Positions 1 through 9,833 of a stretch of 64,000 nt of DNA are shown here, one piece after another (the first letter of the stretch is position 1; the number at the start of each line of letters is the position of its first letter). Location of the stretch: NCBI GenBank assembly GCA_965263355.1, contig CBDHHL010000049.1, positions 32,001 to 96,000 of the forward strand, in the 5' to 3' direction. Origin of the DNA: Leptolyngbyaceae cyanobacterium (GTDB lineage: Bacteria > Cyanobacteriota > Cyanobacteriia > Phormidesmidales > Phormidesmidaceae). The notes beneath the pieces were generated by a model. The model saw only the letters and a program-made list of their open reading frames with translations, searched no databases and had not been told where the DNA came from. The position numbers were made by a program, and so were the translations under genes.

Positions 1-226
1 ATTAATAACGAAGCCAATGGATCACAGCCTCTAAAGAGACATGAATTCTCAATAAAACCTAACTATTGAGAATGATCTAGAAATAGTTCAAATGAGTTAT
101 CTAGGTACTCAAAGTCTCTATGGAAAAAGCTTTCAGATTTAATATGTGATTGTGACAGTTGAGAGTGTGGAATGTCGGATATAAGCCATTATTAGCCAAT
201 ACATATGGCTTTGAAACGAGTCTGCC

Positions 227-246
227 AAGTGCAGACGTCTGCACTT
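227..246. repeat. Perfect 20-bp palindrome AAGTGCAGACGTCTGCACTT upstream of parA (candidate centromere/operator)
   Basis: Read directly. An identical 20-mer lies at 2191-2210, and both copies are preceded by GCC. Confidence 0.9.
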
Positions 247-335
247 AATTGCACAGATTCACAATTTTTTGATCCAAAATAGCAATACTGATGTATCCTA
301 TCCGGTGTACAGTTGTGCAACTGTGAGCTAGAACT

Positions 336-1172
336 ATGATTATCGCGATCGCAGCAATTAAAGGAGGCGTTGGCAAAACAACCATCACGTTCTGTCTAGC
401 TGCCACATTGGCCCACATGGGTAAACGAGTTTTGTGTATTGATTTAGACCATCAGGGTGATCTGTCCTCAGCCATGGGAGCTGAGCGTGATGCTTCGGTC
501 CCGGATATTGGTCAAATTCTTTATGCCCCCAAGCGAGAGCAAGCAGATCTAATGGCTCAAGGGATTGTCGATGTTCAGGGCTGGTGTCATCTGATTACCC
601 CTGGCATGGATCTCGGGGGATACCAAACAGAGATTGAAAAAGGTCTATCTAGTGAGAATCGTCTCAGGGATGCCTTAGCTCAGTTTAATAGCGTCTACGA
701 AAACTACGACTATGTTTTGTTAGACACCCCTAAGGGGGAAGGTCTTTTTACTAAAAATGCATTAGTTGCCTGTGATGAAGTGTTAGTGCCTGTGCAAACT
801 GAGTTCTTTGCACTGAAAAATATTCCAGAATTATTGAACTTGGTGAGTCAGATTGCCGATCGGGCCAATCCCGACTTACGAGTATCTACATTGGTGCCAA
901 ACCGGATGAAGTCCACTAGCTTACACAAAAGTATCCACCAGCAAATTGTCGATTGGGATGTGCGTACCCATCTACCCCATCAATCAGAAGAGTCCTGGAC
1001 CTCTCCCCCCATTCGAGATTTAACCGTTTATTCAGAATTGTCTGCCCAAGGTGAGTCACTCTACTCCTATGGGGCAGTTAAAGAAGAGCATCGTCAGCCG
1101 TTTGTTGCGATCGCAAACCATCTAGAAACCCTAGGTAGTTCCCCTATTCGTGAGGTAGAAACCGTTGGCTAA
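336..1172 (+). CDS. parA: ParA/Soj-family partition ATPase
   Basis: Deviant Walker A KGGVGKTT, IDLDHQG, Walker B YVLLDTP and VPVQTEFFAL. 278 aa with no N-terminal HTH. Confidence 0.92.
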   Translation: MIIAIAAIKGGVGKTTITFCLAATLAHMGKRVLCIDLDHQGDLSSAMGAERDASVPDIGQILYAPKREQADLMAQGIVDVQGWCHLITPGMDLGGYQTEIEKGLSSENRLRDALAQFNSVYENYDYVLLDTPKGEGLFTKNALVACDEVLVPVQTEFFALKNIPELLNLVSQIADRANPDLRVSTLVPNRMKSTSLHKSIHQQIVDWDVRTHLPHQSEESWTSPPIRDLTVYSELSAQGESLYSYGAVKEEHRQPFVAIANHLETLGSSPIREVETVG

Positions 1173-2088
1173 AAAGAATTTTTCTAGGGTGGCCACTGTT
1201 GCCGAGAAAGCTCCCCTACCCCGTAAGTTAGCAGTCGTTCCCAAACGTAAGCCAGATGAAATCGTCAATCTAGAACGCGTTGATCTGGCCGATCGTGAGA
1301 ATTGGTTGCGAGCATTGGACATCTGTCAAGCTAACGACGCTCAGCCCCTCAATAGCCTGTTGCATGAAATTGAGACCTATCAAGGCCAAATCGATCAGGC
1401 TTTACAAACTGCCCAGGCCCAAAGCACTATCTATGCCTATGCCATCGGTAGTCGCCTAGATGTGATTGAAGAGAAACACCTCTACAAAGAGAAAGACTAT
1501 GAAAACCTCACGGCCTTTATTAAAGGTGGAGAAGTAAAACGTCCCAATGGCAGCCCCATCACCACTCGTCAGGTATGGGCTTACCGTCGGGTGACCCGTG
1601 GCCTGAAAGAATTTTTGCAAATTGCAGAATCCATTCGCGATGGCAAGCCCTTATCGTCTGACTTACAAGGCCAGTTAGAAGACCTGGGACAGCAAGTTAA
1701 TAAAGATATTGTCGAGTCATTTTTAGACTCCTATGCCGATAGCATTGCTGGTGTTCTAGAGTTGGGGGTCTCGAAACTAGAGCAAGTTTATCGTCTGCCA
1801 GAACCTGTCGCTCTGACAGGGTTGCTAGCAGGGAAGCTTCCTTTAGAAGAAGACATTATCGAGGTTCATGAAGTATCGTTCTCTCAGTTGCGCAAAGCCA
1901 TTAGCACTCACGAGAAACAGCGCAAGTCTGGGGTGAAAAACAAAAATACCAGCAAGGTCACCAGGGCAGATCGGATGTTAGACAACCTGAATCGTACTGT
2001 GGAAGAGTTAGATGCGTTAGTCCTTTCAGATTTACAACTTCAAAGGTTGAGTGCGCTTAGGGATGCAATTGGAAGGATATTGTCTTAG
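1165..2088 (+). CDS. Putative ParA partner / centromere-binding protein, not a canonical ParB
   Basis: TTG start overlaps the parA stop. Basic N-terminus. The segment IGSRLDVIEEKHLYKEKDYENLTAFI resembles helical DUF3102/plasmid-partition-type motifs. No ParB GxxR CTPase motif seen. Confidence 0.6.
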   Translation: MAKKNFSRVATVAEKAPLPRKLAVVPKRKPDEIVNLERVDLADRENWLRALDICQANDAQPLNSLLHEIETYQGQIDQALQTAQAQSTIYAYAIGSRLDVIEEKHLYKEKDYENLTAFIKGGEVKRPNGSPITTRQVWAYRRVTRGLKEFLQIAESIRDGKPLSSDLQGQLEDLGQQVNKDIVESFLDSYADSIAGVLELGVSKLEQVYRLPEPVALTGLLAGKLPLEEDIIEVHEVSFSQLRKAISTHEKQRKSGVKNKNTSKVTRADRMLDNLNRTVEELDALVLSDLQLQRLSALRDAIGRILS

Positions 2089-2182
2089 AAAGACTATTAG
2101 GGGTATTTCCTTATGAATGCCCTTAGATACCAGGCGCAATCAGTCAGAATTTCGTATGACATAGATTTTATGGATTCTTGTG

Positions 2183-2218
2183 AAAACGCCAAGTGCAGAC
2201 GTCTGCACTTGGCGTTTT
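2183..2218. repeat. Perfect 36-bp palindrome containing the same 20-bp core; candidate centromere, possibly also a bidirectional terminator
   Basis: AAAACGCCAAGTGCAGAC|GTCTGCACTTGGCGTTTT, between two convergent genes. Confidence 0.9.
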
Positions 2219-2274
2219 GGTGTACCTAAGAAGTTAGGACTGGCGTAATTTCTAGAAGCGACCGATGTTTGTCC

Positions 2275-3774
2275 TTAATCGTTGTCGGCGTGCTCAAAGC
2301 GATAGACATAAAAGAGCTGTCGGAACTTTCTGAGTAATCCAGCAAAGATTGCCATTATACCTGCGCCACTTAGTAATCCCCAAAAGGCTAAGGGAGGGGT
2401 CGCCCATCCTGATTCAGTAGTGGGAGCCAGCACCATATGTGCCGCCATTGTTCGTGCATCCACCATCACCCCTGCAATCAGTAGACCAACGGTAGTAATA
2501 ATGGCAATTGTCGTTAGTTGATCAATCCGCTTTAAAGCTGTCTGGCAATAGCGACAATCTTTGGTGTGGGTAGACCATACATCAAATAATTTGTCCTTGT
2601 TATATTCTGGTGGTGGCAGTGAAGGGTCACAAGACTTATCCCAGGCCACACCACCACCGGCTCGATATTCTAGCCACTGCCGGAAGGTGATGATCATTTT
2701 GTCCTGGGGATTGGGGGTATAGACTTCATCGAGCCAGCGATTTCGTCCCCGTTGTCCCAGAGTCCGTTCTTGATAATGCAGAAATACCAGGTCTTGATGT
2801 AAAAAGAGAGACGCTAAAACATGGCCCAACCATTGGGGCATAGGGAGGGCAAAAAATCCTAACCCTGGTGGTGTGTTGCCTGCTTCATTTTTTACCAGAA
2901 TTTGACAGCCAATGTGGCGACACCAGCCTGGTCGGGTTGGTGTCGCATAAAGAACTAAAATTAACTGGCCCCCATCGGTAAAAGTGGTGGAGATTTTCAT
3001 TAAACAAGGGGGTTGAAAATCATGGGTTGCATCTGTAATTGCTGGTGAAGAGTTTGTTACACCAAAGGCAAATCCCTCTTGGGTAGAGACCTCTCTCAGT
3101 CGGGGCATATCGTAATACGTTGCATCGGTGTAGCGACTGCCCATAATGCCATGGTGGGAAACAGGCACATGGGCCGGATCGGCTACGTTTTCCATAAAAT
3201 AGTCCCAACCGTAGGGTAAATCTCGCTGATTCCAAAATAGCTTGATTACCTGATTTGAGGAGGTTTCTAACTCAGTAATCAGTCGGGGTGAGCGTTCTTG
3301 ACTGTGATTGAAGCCTGATTCTCCAGCTTCTGGCCATACCCATAGCAACCCCTGACGTTCTTGGGTAGGGTATGCGATCGCACAAGCTTGAGGACGATTA
3401 CAGTGGGTTTCTTCCGTAGTCTTGTCTTTAGATTGGGGAATGCCCAGACATTTCCCGTTGCTATCAAATTGCCAGGCATGATAGGCGCAGAGCAAGGTCC
3501 CATCAGCTTCCACACGACCTTCTGATAATGGAGCCAGCCTATGGGGGCAAGCATCTTCAAAACAGTTCCACTGTTGCTGCGCGTCTTGCCATATTACTAA
3601 AGCTTTTCCCAGCACTTGCAGTGCATGGGGGCGAGACGGATCGAGAGTTTCGACAACAGCGACTGGATACCACTGTTGAGTCCATTGAAATGTTTCCTTA
3701 GCTGCATCGATAGTGGTTTGATTAGCAGGAGAGTCTGACTCAACAGCAGGCACTAAGCTCGCATCGATAGTCAT
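2275..3774 (-). CDS. Rieske [2Fe-2S] / pheophorbide a oxygenase (PaO)-family oxygenase
   Basis: Rieske motif CPHRLAPL...CAYH, mononuclear Fe motif ENVADPAHVPVSHH, C-terminal HTKDCRYC and two hydrophobic helices. Confidence 0.88.
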   Translation of the reverse strand: MTIDASLVPAVESDSPANQTTIDAAKETFQWTQQWYPVAVVETLDPSRPHALQVLGKALVIWQDAQQQWNCFEDACPHRLAPLSEGRVEADGTLLCAYHAWQFDSNGKCLGIPQSKDKTTEETHCNRPQACAIAYPTQERQGLLWVWPEAGESGFNHSQERSPRLITELETSSNQVIKLFWNQRDLPYGWDYFMENVADPAHVPVSHHGIMGSRYTDATYYDMPRLREVSTQEGFAFGVTNSSPAITDATHDFQPPCLMKISTTFTDGGQLILVLYATPTRPGWCRHIGCQILVKNEAGNTPPGLGFFALPMPQWLGHVLASLFLHQDLVFLHYQERTLGQRGRNRWLDEVYTPNPQDKMIITFRQWLEYRAGGGVAWDKSCDPSLPPPEYNKDKLFDVWSTHTKDCRYCQTALKRIDQLTTIAIITTVGLLIAGVMVDARTMAAHMVLAPTTESGWATPPLAFWGLLSGAGIMAIFAGLLRKFRQLFYVYRFEHADND

Positions 3775-4191
3775 GGAAGAAGATAGAGGTAGAGGGCAGG
3801 AAGTTTAGTGCAACCCATGAGTAAGTCGAAACCAACATGTAGTTGCTTGAATAGCGTATACAAAAGTTAATATAGCAACTGTTTCGATCCCTCACCTCAA
3901 GATAAAGAAAGTGCCCATGGGATTCTTGAAATTTTGGAAAGAAGAGAGAGCCAACTACGAGGAACAAGCCTTACAGTTGGACCTATCGGGGCACTCTCAG
4001 GCACTAATGCCTCAGCGTAAGCAGGTCGATGGCGCGATAGTCAATCGGCGGTAATCCATCAAGGCTAATGGAGGTGGGGCTAATGCTTCACCCTCTATTC
4101 TTTATACGAAGTACTGCCCTAGCTGTGCCCAGCATCAAAGAAAATTGGCAAGAGTACGGCTCATAACATCCTATAACTTGGAAATGAGTTA

Positions 4192-4365
4192 CTACCCTTT
4201 TTCTGTCTTGTGTTGCTTTATATATTGTCGCATGTAGGCAACCAGCACCTCTTTCATATTTTCATCTCTGGCAGCACAAATAGATTTGAACTCACTGCGC
4301 AAGCTTCGAGGAATTCGTAGCTTCAGCTCGGCAATTTCTTCCTTTGGCTCCTTACTCACAGTCAC
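4192..4365 (-). CDS. Small ribbon-helix-helix (ParG/CopG-like) DNA-binding protein, 57 aa, not in the ORF track
   Basis: Manual translation MTVSKEPKEEIAELKLRIPRSLRSEFKSICAARDENMKEVLVAYMRQYIKQHKTEKG*. GTG start with GGAG upstream. Strand LKLRIP followed by two amphipathic helices fits the RHH pattern. Confidence 0.75.
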   Translation of the reverse strand: MTVSKEPKEEIAELKLRIPRSLRSEFKSICAARDENMKEVLVAYMRQYIKQHKTEKG

Positions 4366-4374
4366 TATGCTCCA

Positions 4375-4448
4375 AGGGACATACCTACCAATCGTCCCCT
4401 AAGGGTTAAATTACGTTTAGGGACATTAGTGGTCATAGTACCCCTAAG
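4375..4448. promoter_or_regulatory. Duplicated AGGGACAT...CCCCTAAG boxes in the divergent promoter region (candidate RHH operator)
   Basis: AGGGACAT at 4375 and 4419; CCCCTAAG at 4396 and 4441. Each pair forms an imperfect inverted repeat. Confidence 0.45.
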
Positions 4449-4470
4449 TGATATATTTAAGTAGATCCTC

Positions 4471-4848
4471 ATGAGCTGTCTTATGAGTCGTAATCCCTTG
4501 ATGTGTCTACCATTAGCAGGATTACTCATTTTGGGTGCCTGCACGTTAGAAAATACAGGTGGTGCGGCCAATGCTACCAAAGTTGGTTTTGACCCTTCAC
4601 TACCAGCAATTCCAGATACCAATGCTGAAGCTTACGGTCTAAGTGGAACTATGGGCGAGGCCGATTTACTTGCCCTTAGCTATCTTACCTGGCCTCAGAA
4701 TTACACTAGCATTAGCGATCGCTTTGGTTTTCCTGCACAACGAAGCGAAAGTACAGATTATTACAATATTTCTGGAAATCGTTGGGTTGCCATTTATTAC
4801 GATAGTGCTGGTAATGCGACTGGCTACAGCATTAGCGATAGTCAGTAG
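4471..4848 (+). CDS. Hypothetical lipoprotein
   Basis: Hydrophobic stretch ending in lipobox LGA-C. The true start may be 4483 or 4501. Confidence 0.65.
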   Translation: MSCLMSRNPLMCLPLAGLLILGACTLENTGGAANATKVGFDPSLPAIPDTNAEAYGLSGTMGEADLLALSYLTWPQNYTSISDRFGFPAQRSESTDYYNISGNRWVAIYYDSAGNATGYSISDSQ

Positions 4849-5218
4849 GAAGTAATCAGGCAGAGATTAGTACTACGTCAAAGCTAAAAATTCGGGTTGG
4901 TTACTGATAAAGGGTGAAGGGTAAAGAGTGACTCTTGACTCCATAGTTCCGAGGACATTGATGATGCTAGTACTTTTCCTCAATACAGACGAGGCACTTT
5001 GGATGCCTACTCACTGATTCTTTACACCCTCAATTTCACACCCAATCACCCCGATTACCGAATATCAATATCAAATTCTAAAAGCTGTTCATGACAATGA
5101 GAGATGCAGTCAAGTTTTTGCCGATGTAGTGATAGCTGAAACCGATGAATTCTTCAGCTGTGGTGTCAACGAACTTTACCAGGCAACTGGAGGTCAAGGA
5201 GCTATCGTCATATTGGTA

Positions 5219-6625
5219 TTAATAGCCCTTACCCACAAGCGTGTCATCTTCCAATGATGGCAATTGTTCATCATTCTCTCTCAAATGCCGAGATTGAGCA
5301 CTAAGGTCATGGTGGAAACGCTTTTTATCAAAGCGATAGCCATCGCCAAGGAACTCCACGATCTTCTCGGCATCGTCTTCTGCATTTTGTAGGCAGGTGG
5401 ATGCACCAGGAGATGGTGTGATGTTGAACAGGATTCTCTCTCCTACTATCTTTGCCTCCCCAAGTTGGAGTTTGCGAGTCTTCACATTGACAATCTGAGG
5501 GCGAATCCCACCATATCCCTTAGCATACTCCAAATCTTCCAGGTCCATATCTGGCACAATACGTCTGACTTCATGAATGAATAACCGTTGGCCGATAAAT
5601 GGAATGTCATACAAAAAGTTTTTCACAATGTATTTGAGGATTGTCCAATCGAGCAGAATGGTAGCAAAGCTCAAGATAGCTGCAATACTCAAACCAGCCG
5701 TTCTGAAATAATCAATGATTGTTGAACCACGATAACGTTCTAATTGAACTAAAACCTTTGCCGTAGGGCCGAACCGAGTGATAGAAGGATCATGAACTTC
5801 TGGATCCCCATGAATTGCAGCAAAGGGCAGTTTCTTACTTTGCATTGTGTAGACTTTGCCGTTTAATACTGAGCGAGATCGGTAAAAGCTACCAGCAACA
5901 CTAAGAAGAGCGTAGTCTTTGCCATATCCGAGAGATTTAGCAAACAACAGGCTGTAAGCTCCAGCTGCAATGACAACTGCTTTGGCTTGAAGAGATTCAC
6001 CACTGGTATTGATAAGATACCCATCAACAATTTTCTGAATATTTGTAACCTTTGTATTGAAGCAAATATCAACAGTTGTGTCCTGGCTGCCTGCTGCATT
6101 TTCCAAGAAGGATGTTGCCAGTTTTTGGAAATTGACCGTAAATCCTTCCTCTGTGAATAAAGCGCTGATCTCTTCATCAGAAGCGCGCCCTTTCAGAATA
6201 TTGGGTTCCAATTCCTGGATCTCTGCACGATTAATCATCCGCAAAGAAGGGAACAGATGCTTGAATTCGTGATAGCGCTTCTCCAGGATGCTGATCTGTT
6301 CTTGCCCAACTGCTAGCACCATTTTGTTGTACTTGCTGTGCATCTCTCGATAAGGGTCGTACTTTAGTAAGTAGTGCTTGACAAGAGACGATGCGCGGTT
6401 CACTTTCGTTGCTTTTTCGAGCGTGTAATTTGTTTCAATATCACCAAAATGAAGCGTTTGACTATTGTTTGATACTCGAGAGTTAACGGTGGCCGCATCA
6501 TCATATTTTTCTAAAACGACGATGCGTTTGATGTTTGTGTATTTTGACAATAGATAAGTCAAAGCAGAGCCGCAAACTCCAGCGCCTACAATCGCAACAT
6601 CATACTGATTTTGGTTTTGTGTCAT
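5219..6625 (-). CDS. FAD-dependent oxidoreductase, malate:quinone oxidoreductase-like
   Basis: Rossmann motif GAGVCG, plus NNSQTLHFGDIETNY, GGIRPQ and NITPSPGASTCL. Confidence 0.75.
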   Translation of the reverse strand: MTQNQNQYDVAIVGAGVCGSALTYLLSKYTNIKRIVVLEKYDDAATVNSRVSNNSQTLHFGDIETNYTLEKATKVNRASSLVKHYLLKYDPYREMHSKYNKMVLAVGQEQISILEKRYHEFKHLFPSLRMINRAEIQELEPNILKGRASDEEISALFTEEGFTVNFQKLATSFLENAAGSQDTTVDICFNTKVTNIQKIVDGYLINTSGESLQAKAVVIAAGAYSLLFAKSLGYGKDYALLSVAGSFYRSRSVLNGKVYTMQSKKLPFAAIHGDPEVHDPSITRFGPTAKVLVQLERYRGSTIIDYFRTAGLSIAAILSFATILLDWTILKYIVKNFLYDIPFIGQRLFIHEVRRIVPDMDLEDLEYAKGYGGIRPQIVNVKTRKLQLGEAKIVGERILFNITPSPGASTCLQNAEDDAEKIVEFLGDGYRFDKKRFHHDLSAQSRHLRENDEQLPSLEDDTLVGKGY

Positions 6626-6880
6626 AGGTTTATGATCCTGCGAAGGATTCTCAATTAAGGGCGGCTATTCGCAAAGCTACAATCCTTAGCCTGCTGTGGC
6701 TACATATAAAACCACTGCAGGCAAATATTCTAGTTATCGTACCAGAGCTGACTGCCTCAATTTCATTGAATTTCCTCGATTTTCATTTTCATCAATGCTT
6801 TGAATTTCTAACTCTGGTTATTTGAACGAACCTATACTCTGAACCACCCAATTCCTCATGAGCGTCTAAAGATCAATAAA

Positions 6881-7861
6881 TCATGACTCTTCATGAGCCC
6901 CATAAATCTCTTGAAACGCCTCCTCCATTTTGATATCTAAGGCCCGGTCACTATAACGAGCAAAAATTTTGTCAGAGCGAATGCGGACAGCCCGCTTCGC
7001 CAATAGTGGATTCATGCCAGCAGTTACGAGAGAGGTGGCAAACGTATGTCTCATTCGGTGTGGGTGAATGTCATCTAACTCACTGGCTTGCGCTAAATCC
7101 TTGACCAGTTCATAGATACCGCTATAGCCCAGACGCTGTCCTCGACTGTTGTTAGACAAACTGATAAACAAGGGCGCTTCTTGGCTAACAAAAAATCCGT
7201 TACGTACCAACCACCCCAGATAGCTATCCAATGCCAAAATAGCCTCTGGTTTCAGCGGTACCAGTCCATCACTGCCCCACTTGGCCTCACGTACGCTCAA
7301 CCGTCGTCCGTCGTAATCGCTGATATCCAGGCCACAGACTTCTCTAGCGCGTAATCCATGACTGAGCACCTGGAGAATTGCCCGGTCACGCACTTCGGAA
7401 TCACCCCGGTAGGCTAGGGCCTCAAACAGTTGGTTGACTTGAGTTTCCGGTAAATCCCGAGGCGATTTGGCAGATTCTTTGAGAAATTCAATGGTGAGGG
7501 TGGGATTACGGGTGATATAGTCCTTGACAGTGAGCCACTTGAAGAAACTCTTCAGGGTGGCCAGGGCCTGATTAATAGTCGTTGGAGCCAGCGCTCCTCC
7601 CCGTTTACTAGGTCGGGTTTTCAGGTATTGTTTGTAGCGATCAATGTCGCGATGGGTGATATTGTGCCATGGCTTGTTCTGAGTCCAGGAGTAGAAGAGC
7701 CGGAGCTGCCGTTCATAAGCTTTGAGGGTACTGGCGGATAGCTCGCGCGATCGCAAAAACTCCACCACCCGCTGCCAGCCCAAATCCTCGGTAACCCGCA
7801 CTGGTGCCTGGGTTACCTGGCCAAACTCAATAAAGGTGGGCTCAGGGATATCATGAGCCAT
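6881..7861 (-). CDS. Tyrosine recombinase (XerC/D-like integrase/resolvase)
   Basis: N-terminal SAM-like region, HGLRAREV (Arg), HPHRMRH (HxxR) and FARY (Tyr). Start moved to ATG 7861, which follows a GGGAG RBS. Confidence 0.9.
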   Translation of the reverse strand: MAHDIPEPTFIEFGQVTQAPVRVTEDLGWQRVVEFLRSRELSASTLKAYERQLRLFYSWTQNKPWHNITHRDIDRYKQYLKTRPSKRGGALAPTTINQALATLKSFFKWLTVKDYITRNPTLTIEFLKESAKSPRDLPETQVNQLFEALAYRGDSEVRDRAILQVLSHGLRAREVCGLDISDYDGRRLSVREAKWGSDGLVPLKPEAILALDSYLGWLVRNGFFVSQEAPLFISLSNNSRGQRLGYSGIYELVKDLAQASELDDIHPHRMRHTFATSLVTAGMNPLLAKRAVRIRSDKIFARYSDRALDIKMEEAFQEIYGAHEES

Positions 7862-8088
7862 TGTCAAACTCCCGTTATTTGAAACAAACCACAGGGCAAA
7901 AAGCATAATCTACCGTAGGCATCGCCCCACAGCTGATATTCTACCCAAACTAACATCACTTTTATTGGTTACACAAAAACTTACACTAAAAATAATCTGC
8001 TAAACATGCACTATCATAGCCCCTGAAATCAGAGCGTTTTGGCAATCACTCAATTTTGGATGGCGAATGGTGAGGCAAATTAATCAGA

Positions 8089-8422
8089 TCATTTCAGATC
8101 ATTCACGTGCACCCCAGTTCATCATCGCTAATGCTGTAGAGTAGTTGTAAGTCAGCAACTGAAATATCACGATGATCTCGATTGAGAGATGACCTACTTC
8201 ACGCTTATGAGGCGTAGCATAAACTCTTTCTAAGAGCAGTTGAAATTCATTCTATAGAATCATCTCATCTAGACGGGCCAACAGATTTCTTTGACGCCAG
8301 TTTTTGTGATGTATCTCAAAATTCCAAAAGCCTTGTTGCTCCATGAGGCACCTCTCCTTCATCCGTATCTGTGTTCGTTTCATACTCTCATAGTGGACTC
8401 TATTTTAATTAATTGAGTGCCC
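8089..8422 (-). pseudogene. Degenerate IS5-family transposase N-terminus with putative left end
   Basis: From ATG 8344: MEQQGFWNFEIHHKNWRQRNLLARLDEMIL*NEFQLLLERVYATPHKREVGHLSIEIIVIFQLL, then after frameshifts LQLLYSISDDEL and VNDL. This matches the IS5 N-terminal pattern but has an in-frame stop. GGGCACTC at 8422-8415 may be the terminal repeat. Confidence 0.65.
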
Positions 8423-8442
8423 TCTAGCCTGGAATTGACCAA

Positions 8443-9648
8443 GTGATTGTCAATTCTGATTACCCTGAAACCCAAGCCGTGAATCGATTAAGCTCTATCT
8501 TGAGTTTTGTTGCCTTGAAACTGTCCAATATTCTACGCTACGGGGCCGATGATCTGTGGTGTATGGATCGGGGATTAGGGTTGTTTGCGGAGCTCAGTGT
8601 ACTGCCCAAAACCGCCTGGTTTTCCGCCTATTCGTATCGGGTTAGTCGGGCGATAAATCACACCTTTTTCAAAGCCTTAAACGGCATTTGGCAACAACAT
8701 GGATTACTCTCAGAGAGTGCTAATCTAGATTTCACCACCCTGCCTCATTGGGGAGATGCCACCCATCTTGAGAACAACTGGTCAGGGACTCGAAATAAAT
8801 CGCTCACTAGTCTTTTGGCGGTGTTAGCTCAAGACCCTGATACTGGCCTGATTACCTATGGAGATACCACCCTGCGTCATCAGACTAAAAACAAGGTTGT
8901 CCTCGAATTTGTTGATTTCTATCATACTCATCATAACCATACCCTCAACTATTTGATTTTTGATAGCAAATTCACCACCTATGAACAACTTAAACAACTC
9001 GATGAACTACCCAACCCCATTAAGTTCATTACTATCCGTCGTCGAGGCAAACGAATCGTTGACGAACTCAATGCCCTTCCCAAATCTGCGTGGAAAACGA
9101 CACGAGTCCAAGCCGCCGATGGGCGTAATCGCACACTCCAAGTCCATGAACAAACCGTTTTTCTGCAGGGCTATGGAAAGGACATTCGGCAACTGGCCAT
9201 CGCTGGGACCGGGCGGATTAAACCGGTCTTATTAATCACCAATGATTTTGACCTGTCTATCGACCAAGTGATTCGAAAATATGCCCGACGGTGGTTGGTC
9301 GAGCAAGAAATTGACGAACACATTCAATTTTTCCATCTCAATCGATTGTCGTCATCTATGGTGATCAAGGTGGACTTCGATCTGACGATGTCTATCCTGG
9401 CTCATAAGCTTTATCGCCTGCTAGCGTCAGATTTACAGGGCTATACCCATCTCAATGCCACCTCCCTATTTGAGAAGTTTATCTGTAATTCGGGGCGCAT
9501 CTCTATTGCTGAGGATGCGATCTTAATTTCGATGAAAAAGAAACGTCATTTGCCCATATTGCTGAGCGCACTTGAACCGTTTCAAAATCAACCGGTCGCT
9601 TGGATGGGGAATCGAAAGTTCAGGTTCGCAGCAGATGCTTCCTCATAG
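8443..9648 (+). mobile_element. DDE transposase, probably 5'-truncated
   Basis: LDFT (D), FDSK (D), LLITND and YARRWLVEQEI (E) give an IS4-like DDE layout. The frame has no convincing start and abuts the IS5 remnant. Confidence 0.8.
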
Positions 9649-9689
9649 CCCTTATAATTAGGGGCCTTTTTTCAACATGAAAATCCGTG

Positions 9690-9833
9690 ATCACTAATCT
9701 CATGCCCGATAATATTGCCTCGCTGACAGACATCGAATCCGATATCTTGGATGACCCTGATGCCCTTTGGTTGGCCTATGCCTACTGTTATGACCAACGA
9801 GGGGGAGGCGTCGAAACTTCCTTATCAAGGTGA
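9690..9833 (+). pseudogene. Fragment of a third transposase (third-catalytic-residue region)
   Basis: Translates to ITNLMPD...LAYAYCYDQRGGGVETS, a Y-xx-R-(GG)-x-E signature of IS4/IS1380-like DDE enzymes. Isolated fragment. Confidence 0.5.

Noticed and set aside
4365..4622. 85-aa minus-strand ORF in the track
   Set aside because: It is antisense to the lipoprotein gene and covers the divergent promoter region, with no recognisable motifs.
4888..5060. Purine-rich then pyrimidine-rich stretch suggesting a long hairpin or ncRNA
   Set aside because: Complementarity is only patchy by eye and cannot be supported without folding or covariance analysis.
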